DNA of 64,000 bases, from the NCBI GenBank assembly GCA_050294405.1, contig JBNKOC010000012.1, positions 352,001-416,000 on the forward strand, in the 5' to 3' direction. Positions 38,366 to 45,716 of the stretch are shown here, piece by piece. The DNA comes from Fibrobacteria bacterium (GTDB lineage Bacteria > Fibrobacterota > Fibrobacteria > UBA11236 > JADFYW01). Positions within the stretch are counted from its first letter, which is position 1. Each line of letters starts with the position of its first letter. The notes under the pieces were generated by a model. The model was not told the origin of the DNA. It ran no database searches and saw only the letters and a program-made list of their open reading frames with translations. Both the position numbers and the translations under genes were made by a program.

Positions 38366-38578
38366 ATGGACAAGTGGATAGCGCCCATATTAGTTGCAGC
38401 AACACTTGGCTTGGCCCCTTTTTTTCCGGAGCCACATATATGGAAGCAGTTAAAAAACATAGCAAATGGAACTTTTACCCAACCCATAGACTGGCTTGAT
38501 CTGGTTATGCATGGTGCGCCCTGGGGATATTTGTTTTATAAAATTGCCTTGAGTTTTAAAAAGGAGAAGGGAAAATGA
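38366..38578 (+). CDS. Small conserved membrane protein
   Basis: LGLAPFFPEPHIW..L..IDW.DL.MHGAP pattern, of a kind seen in sulfur/rhodanese operons. Confidence 0.7.
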   Translation: MDKWIAPILVAATLGLAPFFPEPHIWKQLKNIANGTFTQPIDWLDLVMHGAPWGYLFYKIALSFKKEKGK

Positions 38579-38766
38579 AAAACATGAGTAACATTGATAA
38601 AAGCGCTCGAATTATAATTGCAATAATTGCTGCGGTTTTAATTGGAACCGGAGTTTTGTCAGGGTGGGTAGCTATGATTGCGGGATTGTTGGCGGCCATT
38701 TTTGTGCTCACCAGCCTAGTGGGCTTTTGCCCCCTTTATAAGGTTTTTGGAATTAAAACCAATTAA
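38575..38766 (+). CDS. DUF2892 (YgaP-like) membrane protein
   Basis: MKNM..ID..AR..TSLVGFCPLY..FGI.T. Confidence 0.88.
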   Translation: MKNMSNIDKSARIIIAIIAAVLIGTGVLSGWVAMIAGLLAAIFVLTSLVGFCPLYKVFGIKTN

Positions 38767-38984
38767 AGCTGAGCTTTGAAAAAGGGCGTTGCGGACCACG
38801 CGTAAATATCCCTGGCCTTAAAAAAGGGGTTTTAATTGAATTTTTGTGGAAAATTGCCAAAAAGGGATGGAAAACGCTATTTTTGTATTCTATATAAAAT
38901 AATTATTTTTAATAAATACTTTTTATTAGTTAAAAAAAGCATTTTTTGTATTCCAAAATAATTTTTTTTTGTATATTTAAATTT

Positions 38985-39824
38985 ATGCAGTGGAATTCAA
39001 ATTCAACTTTTGCGTGGAAAGCGCTCCTTTTTGGAGGAATGCTGTCTTTCTCTCCGGCATTGGAACTTTCACACATTTCTTTAGGAACCTCTTTTTGGCA
39101 TAGCAGCCTTAAAAGCAGCACAGAGGGTCTTAGGTCTGAGGGCTTTAATTATTACTCTTTGCCGTCTTTAAGCTTTGGATTTCGGCATGGGTCCCTTTTC
39201 GGACAAATCAGTCTTCCTTTAACTTACTCTATTCAGGGCGATGAAAGTAATTACGGTTTCGGAGACGGAAATTTATTACTGGGTTATAGCTACCATAGTT
39301 TAAAAATTTATGCAGGTTCTAAGTTTGCATTCTATAGTCCTAATCAAATTACCGAGAGCCCTTTTTTGGGTTCTGGTAACATTACTCCCTATGTTGCTGT
39401 AGCCTATTCGGCTGGTTTTGGTGGAAATATCCCAAAACTAAAATGGGGTAGCGGGGCTAAATTCAACTTGCCTATTGAGAGCTCATTTACAGATTACAAT
39501 TTGCTTTTGGGCTCCTGGTCAGCCCAATGGAGCGCTAAATTAAGTTATTCGGGATTAAAGCCTTTTAGCTTTTCTTTCGATGGAAATTTAAGTTTGGCTA
39601 ATAATTTGTGGAAATTTGGAACAGTATATGTGGATGAAAGTGATTACAGCTTGGGCTTGGGCCCGGCAGTTAGTTATAAATTGGCTCCAGGTTACTATTT
39701 AGGCCTTTCTGGGGGTTATGTAATATGGAACTACAACAATCAATTCTTTTCTAACTCTAACTCTGATTTTTCCGAGGAGAAAAATTCTTTTTACTTGAAT
39801 TTGGCTTTCTCCAAATACTTTTAA
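38985..39824 (+). CDS. Putative outer-membrane beta-barrel protein (COG4313/MetA-pathway transporter-like)
   Basis: Signal-like N-terminus, alternating aromatic beta-strands, GFGD and LGSG motifs, C-terminal YLNLAFSKYF; start uncertain. Confidence 0.6.
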   Translation: MQWNSNSTFAWKALLFGGMLSFSPALELSHISLGTSFWHSSLKSSTEGLRSEGFNYYSLPSLSFGFRHGSLFGQISLPLTYSIQGDESNYGFGDGNLLLGYSYHSLKIYAGSKFAFYSPNQITESPFLGSGNITPYVAVAYSAGFGGNIPKLKWGSGAKFNLPIESSFTDYNLLLGSWSAQWSAKLSYSGLKPFSFSFDGNLSLANNLWKFGTVYVDESDYSLGLGPAVSYKLAPGYYLGLSGGYVIWNYNNQFFSNSNSDFSEEKNSFYLNLAFSKYF

Positions 39825-39923
39825 CCATCATGAGACAAATTTATTGTAACGTAGCTCTCAGATTCTTACTTATTTAATTATTGAGAATGAACTTCCCTCA
39901 ATAATTTAACCTAAGGACAAAAA

Positions 39924-40220
39924 ATGAAAAAATGGAATAAAAAATCTTTGGCTGAGTTGGCGTTAATGGGTCTTATGGCAGGGGGCCTTTCCCTTACCGC
40001 CTGCGATAAAAAGGAAAGCGAAAATAAAGCTGCTGAAAAAACGCCACTGGAAAAATTTAAAGAAGAGTGCGAAGCTGCCGGCAAACAATATGAAGATATA
40101 GCATCTTGTTCGGGCAACTCCACTTGTGCCGGAGAATTTATGAATTCTAGTACAAATGAAAAAACAGTCCACGATTGCGCCGGAAAAAATTCCTGCATGG
40201 GGGGAAACTGTAAAGGATAA
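39924..40220 (+). CDS. Cys-rich lipoprotein, putative MNIO RiPP precursor 1
   Basis: Lipobox LTA|C; six core Cys; HDCAGKNSC.G..C; upstream of DUF692. Confidence 0.75.
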   Translation: MKKWNKKSLAELALMGLMAGGLSLTACDKKESENKAAEKTPLEKFKEECEAAGKQYEDIASCSGNSTCAGEFMNSSTNEKTVHDCAGKNSCMGGNCKG

Positions 40221-40252
40221 TTTTTAACTCAACAAAAAACCTGGAGGACAAA

Positions 40253-40552
40253 ATGAAAAAAGTAAATGGAAAATCATTAGCTCAGCTGGCCCTTATAGGC
40301 CTTATGGCGGGCGGGGTATCACTAACTGGTTGTAAAAAATCAACTAGCAGTGACGGAGATGGAACGGCTGAAGCCCTGTCTAAATTTAAAACTAGCTGTG
40401 AAGCGGGTGGTGGAACCTATAAAGAAATTGCCTCCTGTACCGGTACAGGCTCTTGTAAGGGTACATCTTATGATACGGCAACTGGTAAGGAAACCGCTCA
40501 TGATTGTGCGGGTATGAATACTTGTGCCGGTGCCCAATGCCTGGAAAGTTAA
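40253..40552 (+). CDS. Cys-rich lipoprotein, putative MNIO RiPP precursor 2
   Basis: Paralog of the preceding gene: lipobox LTG|C, identical Cys spacing, HDCAGMNTC.G..C. Confidence 0.75.
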   Translation: MKKVNGKSLAQLALIGLMAGGVSLTGCKKSTSSDGDGTAEALSKFKTSCEAGGGTYKEIASCTGTGSCKGTSYDTATGKETAHDCAGMNTCAGAQCLES

Positions 40553-40578
40553 TGTTTTAGTATTATTAGATTTCCTGA

Positions 40579-40594
40579 GGGGGCGTTAGCCCCC
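40579..40594 (+). terminator. Intercistronic hairpin between precursor and enzyme genes
   Basis: GGGGGC-GTTA-GCCCCC with only a weak U-tract. Confidence 0.5.
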
Positions 40595-40604
40595 AAATTT
40601 GTTT

Positions 40605-41447
40605 ATGACTGAAAATAAAATAAACAAGAACTCAATTGGTCTTGGCCTTCGGGTTCCCCATTATAAAGATTTGTTTAAAAACAAACCTAACATCGATTTT
40701 TTTGAAATTATTTCGGAAAATTTCATGGCCACCAAGGGTTTGCCTATGGAGAATTTATTGCGCGTCCTTGAAAACTACCCGGTTGTTTTGCATGGGACCT
40801 CTATGGGCTTGGGCAATAACACGGATCTGAACCCGGATTATTTAAGAGACTTAAAAGAATTATGCCGCATTACTCATACTCCATATTTTACCGATCACTT
40901 ATGTTGGACGGGGTTTAACAATTATTATTTGCACGATTTGCTGCCCCTTCCCTACACAGAAAAGGTGGCCGCTTATATAGCCCAAAGAATTAAATTCGTT
41001 CAGGATTATATGGGTATTCCTTTCGGATTAGAAAACCTTTCCTCTTATGTGGAATTTTCTCAATCTGAAATGACAGAATGGGAGTTTTATAACAAAGTAG
41101 TGGAGTTGTCCGGATGTTATTATATGCTGGATATTAATAATATTTTTGTGTCCTCTGCCAACCATGGGTTTAACCCGCTGGATTATCTGAACTCCATTAA
41201 ATGGGAAAAAGTGTTGCAATGCCATATTGCAGGGCATTCTGAAAATTCAAGTGGAATTATTGTGGATACTCACGATAATTATGTAAGGCAAGAGGTTTGG
41301 GACTTATATAAATATGCCTGGAATTTGTCTGGTGGTTTCCCAACGCTCCTAGAATGGGACGGCAATTTCATCTCACTGGAAGAAACTCATAAAGAAGCTC
41401 TTAAAGCAAAGTCCCTGAGAGAAAAAAAGGAAGCACATGTCCATTGA
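40605..41447 (+). CDS. DUF692 multinuclear non-heme iron oxidative enzyme (MNIO; MbnB/TglH/ChrH family)
   Basis: GLGLR..H, EIISENF, HG, DHLCW, DLLPLP, ENLSSY, LDINN, HIAGH, DTH, LLEWD. Confidence 0.93.
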   Translation: MTENKINKNSIGLGLRVPHYKDLFKNKPNIDFFEIISENFMATKGLPMENLLRVLENYPVVLHGTSMGLGNNTDLNPDYLRDLKELCRITHTPYFTDHLCWTGFNNYYLHDLLPLPYTEKVAAYIAQRIKFVQDYMGIPFGLENLSSYVEFSQSEMTEWEFYNKVVELSGCYYMLDINNIFVSSANHGFNPLDYLNSIKWEKVLQCHIAGHSENSSGIIVDTHDNYVRQEVWDLYKYAWNLSGGFPTLLEWDGNFISLEETHKEALKAKSLREKKEAHVH

Positions 41448-42279
41448 AGTTCCGGATCAGTTGGCTCTTTTGCAGGAGGAGTTTTCCAAAATGGCTATGA
41501 CTCCCGTTGATTTTTCTACTGGAAAATTTGTGTTTCAAAGGAGTTTGTATCCAAAGGAGCTTGTGAAAAAAGCAGTTAATAATAACATTGCTTCAGGCGA
41601 AGAAAGGCTTGAAGTATATAATCAGCAATATTGGTTTAGGCTTTTTACCTTAATTCAGGAAATTTACCCCATATTATCTAAAGAATTAAACTTATGGACG
41701 ATTAATCAATTGTCTTCTGATTATTTATGCCAATTTCCATCAGAACATTACAGCCTGGATAATTTAGTGGACAGGCTTTATGGATTTATGCAAACCAGTA
41801 AAAAATGGAATCAAAAAAAATGGCTACAACTTGTGGATTTAGAAACATGGTACGAAAAGGCCTTTAGAAAAGAAAATTATCCGGAATTAAATGTGGCTGA
41901 GCTAGACAAAGTTCCCATGGAAAAGTTGCTTCATTCCAGCCTGGGCTTTCAGCCCAGTTTAAAATTATTTCAGCAAAATTGGAACCTTGTGGAAGCTTTG
42001 TTCCCGCATAAAGAACAAAAATCTGAACTTAACGAAACGGAAAGACCAGAGTTTTTCGCGTTGCTTCGAATGGGCCAAAAGTTTTATAAATATGAATTGA
42101 CCCATTCTCAATATGTATTGTTGAAAGAGCTGCTTAACCGGACTGCTCTTAGCGATGCATTTGAAGCAATTTTGCCTAAGTTAGATTCAAGGGAACAATC
42201 CGAGCTAGCGGAAAATTTAAGCAACTGGTTTTTTAACTGGTCTCGTCTGGGATTTTTCGTATCCGTGAATTCCAAGTGA
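41437..42279 (+). CDS. DUF2063-type MNIO partner protein (HvfC/BufC-like)
   Basis: L..LQ..F, RLEVYNQQYWFRL...YP, LE motif, C-terminal W..LG; overlaps the DUF692 stop. Confidence 0.82.
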   Translation: MSIEVPDQLALLQEEFSKMAMTPVDFSTGKFVFQRSLYPKELVKKAVNNNIASGEERLEVYNQQYWFRLFTLIQEIYPILSKELNLWTINQLSSDYLCQFPSEHYSLDNLVDRLYGFMQTSKKWNQKKWLQLVDLETWYEKAFRKENYPELNVAELDKVPMEKLLHSSLGFQPSLKLFQQNWNLVEALFPHKEQKSELNETERPEFFALLRMGQKFYKYELTHSQYVLLKELLNRTALSDAFEAILPKLDSREQSELAENLSNWFFNWSRLGFFVSVNSK

Positions 42280-42327
42280 AATTTTCACCCCAAATGAGAA
42301 TGATGACCTAGGCGCTTGCCTTTTGAT

Positions 42328-42347
42328 AAATAAGTATATTCTTATAA
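42328..42347. promoter_or_regulatory. Third, orphan ArsR-type operator copy
   Basis: AAATAAGTATATTCTTATAA, the same ATAAG-N6-CTTAT palindrome as 36640 and 36993. Confidence 0.6.
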
Positions 42348-42559
42348 TCTAATATATCATCTCTCTTCAACTATTTAGGGAGAAACAATAATTGCGTACA
42401 ATTAATATATCATGTGCATATTCTTTTAAAATTTGGGGATGTTAGTTTTAAACCTGTCAAAAAGGCAAAATTATTGTCCTTTTTTCATAGCTGCTGCTCC
42501 TCCTGGAATCCTGTCCTGGTCTGTTTAGGGAAATGGGAACGTTTTGCAAAAATATTCCC

Positions 42560-42574
42560 GGGCATGTAATTTGC
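42560..42574 (+). promoter_or_regulatory. sigma54-like promoter
   Basis: GGGCAT-GTAAT-TTGC; TGTCAAAAAGGCA at 42455-42467. Confidence 0.65.
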
Positions 42575-42606
42575 GCTATAAAATAATTATAGCAAAGGAG
42601 GGCGCT

Positions 42607-43341
42607 ATGACTAACTTGAGGCAATTAAGCCGCTATCTTGAATTTGCCAACCTCCCCCAGGCTGAAAAAAAAGAAATATCAAACCAGATGTTACCAAGCG
42701 TGACCATCTCCAGAATGGCAGGATCACGCGGAGACACAATAATTGAAAAATTATTAAATAAATTAAACGAAAGGAAAAAGGCTCCTGTTTGGGAGGCCTA
42801 TAACAAAACGCTTTTGGCCAAAATCCTGGAAAAAAATAAATGGCCTAAAAATTACCTGCCCTATTTAGAAGAGTCCAAGTATCCTAGCATAGAAAGAGCC
42901 ATTGAGGAAATGATGGGTCTACACCCTTCCTTGGAGTTGCTCCAAACCAGATGCAATAAAGCTATAAAAGATATTGCTACAATGGGCTATGCAATCATTG
43001 TGGGGCGGGGAGCGAATTTTGTGTTAAAAAACCAGGAGAATAATCTTAACATCCGTATAATTGGGAGCTTTGATAAAAGGCTGAGGCGTTTTATGTATGC
43101 CTTAAAAATTACCAAAAAAGAAGCTGAAAAATTGGTCCGGGAGAAGGATAAAAAACAAAAAAAATTTATAAAGACATGGTTTAAAGCCGAAGTGGATGAC
43201 CCGGCCATGTATGATATGGTTATCAATACCGATTCCTTTGAAGATGACCAGGTTGTGGATGTTCTTTTACAGGCTATTTCCTCTTTAAACCAAAATGGAA
43301 TTAGCTCCAGAGAGATTTCTGTTTTTACGCAGGTGGTGTAA
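42607..43341 (+). CDS. Cytidylate kinase-like family protein
   Basis: VTISRMAGSRG, IIVGRGANF, YDMVINT; AAGGAG RBS before the ATG at 42607. Confidence 0.85.
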   Translation: MTNLRQLSRYLEFANLPQAEKKEISNQMLPSVTISRMAGSRGDTIIEKLLNKLNERKKAPVWEAYNKTLLAKILEKNKWPKNYLPYLEESKYPSIERAIEEMMGLHPSLELLQTRCNKAIKDIATMGYAIIVGRGANFVLKNQENNLNIRIIGSFDKRLRRFMYALKITKKEAEKLVREKDKKQKKFIKTWFKAEVDDPAMYDMVINTDSFEDDQVVDVLLQAISSLNQNGISSREISVFTQVV

Positions 43342-43342
43342 A

Positions 43343-44875
43343 TTGGAAAAAATAGAAGTATCTGATGACTTGTATCAAAACAATGCATTTCATGTTTGCC
43401 ATATTGATAGGGATTTACAAATAACCCTTATTAGCCAATCTTTTTTAAGGTTGCTTTCCCAACCGGATTCCGAAATGCTAAACCGTCCCTTTACTGAATT
43501 TTTAAAGGGAGATGAAATTGAAAAATTTAAAAATCAGGCCAGGCATTGCCTGGAAAAGAGCTGCGACTGTAATAGTTATTACCGATTCTTTTTCATGGAA
43601 AAGCATTCCATATATGTAAAATTAACATTGCAACCCATTTTTACGGAAGAATTAGAATGTTCAGAATGCCGGGTGATTCTGGTAGATCTTACCGACAGTG
43701 AATTCACTAAAATGGATTTTTATTTAAACCGCAAACGTTTGGACAGAATCAACAAAACAGACTATGAGGGGCGGCTCATTGGAGGAATGGCCCATGATTA
43801 CAATGATATTATGTCCGCAATATTGCTCAATGTGGAAAACATATCTGAGATCCTGGACCCTGAATCTGATGTATGGGAAGAAATTCAGCTTATTGAAAAC
43901 ATGGCTAAAAGGGGTGATTCTCTAACCAAGCAGTTGCTGGCATTTAGCCATGCTCAAATAGAAAAAATGGATGTTTTAAATTTGAATAAGCTGTTAATAG
44001 AAATGTATTCGCTTGTTACCAGAATGGCTGGGGATGAAGTTGAAGTTTTGTTGCATACGGATAGCCGTCTCAGGGAAATAAAAATGGATAAAGGCCAGCT
44101 TGAAAACATTGTGTTTAATTTGGCCACAAATTCCATAGAATCTCTACAGGCGCATACAAAGGTAAAAAAAATATATATAGAAACTGAAGCCGTTCATCTG
44201 GATGCAGAAACCAGTTTATTAGGTCTAAAGCTAGCCCCAGGGAATTACTCGGTTTTGATTTTTGCAGATACTGGAATTCCGCCTCTGGCAGATGAGTTGG
44301 AAAATTTAATCCGGCCGAAATTTTCGCATAAGGAAAATCACGAAGGCCTGGGTTTAACGACAGTTGCAAATATACTGAGAAAAATTGGGGGCGGGTTACA
44401 AATTTCAGTAAGGCCATCAGGAGGAACAGAAGTGAAGGTATTTTTTCCGGCACATGGAAAGCATTATAATTCCGGATCCCGACAGGGAAATGGAGGCTTA
44501 CCTTTCAAAGATAGTGGGCGGGTTTTGTTGGTGGAAGATGACAAAGCTGTGCGTACCACCATTGCCCGGGTTTTGAGCAAATTCGGTTATGAAGTTTTAG
44601 AGGCAGGTGAGTTTTCCGAGGCTATGGAAATTTTTGGAGAAAACAGGGATAATTTAAAATTTGTTCTTACTGATGTGATTATGCCAAAAACCAGCGGACC
44701 GGAAATGATTCAAAAAATGCTGAAAGAAAATCCCAATACAAAGTATTTATTTACATCAGGCTACACGGAGCGGGCTTTTACCGAATATGGTAAGTTGTTG
44801 AACACAAATAATTTTTTGCAAAAACCATTCTCCGTGCAGCAATTGGCCGATAAAATCAAAGCTGCTCTTCGCTAA
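43343..44875 (+). CDS. PAS-containing hybrid histidine kinase with degenerate ATPase domain
   Basis: GGMAHDYNDI H-box; N/G1/F boxes altered (NSIES, DTGIP, RPKFSHK); intact REC (LTDVIMP, SGY, KPF); start uncertain. Confidence 0.8.
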   Translation: MEKIEVSDDLYQNNAFHVCHIDRDLQITLISQSFLRLLSQPDSEMLNRPFTEFLKGDEIEKFKNQARHCLEKSCDCNSYYRFFFMEKHSIYVKLTLQPIFTEELECSECRVILVDLTDSEFTKMDFYLNRKRLDRINKTDYEGRLIGGMAHDYNDIMSAILLNVENISEILDPESDVWEEIQLIENMAKRGDSLTKQLLAFSHAQIEKMDVLNLNKLLIEMYSLVTRMAGDEVEVLLHTDSRLREIKMDKGQLENIVFNLATNSIESLQAHTKVKKIYIETEAVHLDAETSLLGLKLAPGNYSVLIFADTGIPPLADELENLIRPKFSHKENHEGLGLTTVANILRKIGGGLQISVRPSGGTEVKVFFPAHGKHYNSGSRQGNGGLPFKDSGRVLLVEDDKAVRTTIARVLSKFGYEVLEAGEFSEAMEIFGENRDNLKFVLTDVIMPKTSGPEMIQKMLKENPNTKYLFTSGYTERAFTEYGKLLNTNNFLQKPFSVQQLADKIKAALR

Positions 44876-44977
44876 ATCCTTGCCATATTCAACTTTGGTT
44901 GAAGCCAATTTGGCAGAAATTTTTTATGGAAAAAACTTTCTTTATGTAATTACATAAAAACATCCATTATTTTGGAT

Positions 44978-44992
44978 TGGAATACTTTTTGC
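44978..44992 (+). promoter_or_regulatory. sigma54-like promoter
   Basis: TGGAAT-ACTTT-TTGC; AGCCAATTTGGCA at 44903; perfect palindrome TTTATGTAATTACATAAA at 44941-44958. Confidence 0.55.
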
Positions 44993-45024
44993 GGCTTTTG
45001 TTTTAATTGGCAAGGAGTTTTGGT

Positions 45025-45213
45025 ATGTCTGATATACCGGGACCATTAAAGGCCTCTGTAAAGGGGTTTATTTTTACGGCTTCTACGTTATTGGCGCTTA
45101 TGTTTTTATTGTTTTGGATCATTGGAAAATACAACAAATCCCAGGAGGGGAATTACCATGAAAATAGCAGTTGGATTGGTCCAGCCAACTCTCCAGTCTC
45201 AAATGGACCTTGA
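45025..45213 (+). CDS. Small single-pass membrane protein
   Basis: AAGGAG RBS at 45012; one hydrophobic helix (FIFTASTLLALMFLLFWII); 3' end overlaps the next gene. Confidence 0.5.
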   Translation: MSDIPGPLKASVKGFIFTASTLLALMFLLFWIIGKYNKSQEGNYHENSSWIGPANSPVSNGP

Positions 45214-45508
45214 GTTTGGCAGGACAAATTATTTTGGCATAGTAGATACGTTTTGGGGAATCCAGGAAATTCTAAATAACCCATTTAATTTTGAAGCTCA
45301 GACTGCCAGTGCAGCAGAATTGGCGGATTGGCTCATTCGCGAAGGAGTTGATGTTGTTATAACCGGACTTTGTGAAATGAACGCTTTCCATCATTTTGAC
45401 TCCCATTGCATTCCTGTATACGAAGGGTTTTTTGGAACTGGAGCGGCCGCATTGAGGCAATTTAAACTAGGCAAGTTAAAAAATTTCGAAAAATTAGATG
45501 TAAATTAA
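45158..45508 (+). CDS. NifB/NifX-family (dinitrogenase FeMo-cofactor-binding domain) protein
   Basis: MKIAV..FGR..YF.IVD..NPF..GVDVVITG..GKL; AGGAGG RBS. Confidence 0.8.
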   Translation: MKIAVGLVQPTLQSQMDLEFGRTNYFGIVDTFWGIQEILNNPFNFEAQTASAAELADWLIREGVDVVITGLCEMNAFHHFDSHCIPVYEGFFGTGAAALRQFKLGKLKNFEKLDVN

Positions 45509-45716
45509 ATCTTGCTGAGTTTAGACGGTCTGTGTATTTTATGAACATGATAGTTGAACATTATTCTTCAAAAGTTGAAAAGAAAAAAACTCCAAAATCT
45601 GATTTAATGCTAAACCAGATACATAATTTATTTAATGTTATTGTGCTGGAAAATAGCAACCGACTTTCTCAAACTGCTGAAGAAGAAAAATTTCATCCTG
45701 GAATGTGATACAAGGC

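Noticed and set aside
39846..39875. TGTAAC as a possible ECF sigma -35 upstream of the MNIO precursors
   Set aside because: There is no matching CGAA/CGTA-type -10 at the expected spacing and no ECF sigma gene in the window.
42533..42547. TGGGAACGTTTTGC as a sigma54 promoter
   Set aside because: The GG-GC spacing is one base short; the correctly spaced site is at 42560-42574.
45158..45508. NifX-like gene as evidence of nitrogen fixation
   Set aside because: There is no nifHDK/ENB in the window, and this domain is common in non-diazotrophs.
45541..45708. 55-aa ORF (MNMIVEHYSS...) after the NifX-like gene
   Set aside because: It has no convincing RBS or recognisable motif, so it cannot be supported.
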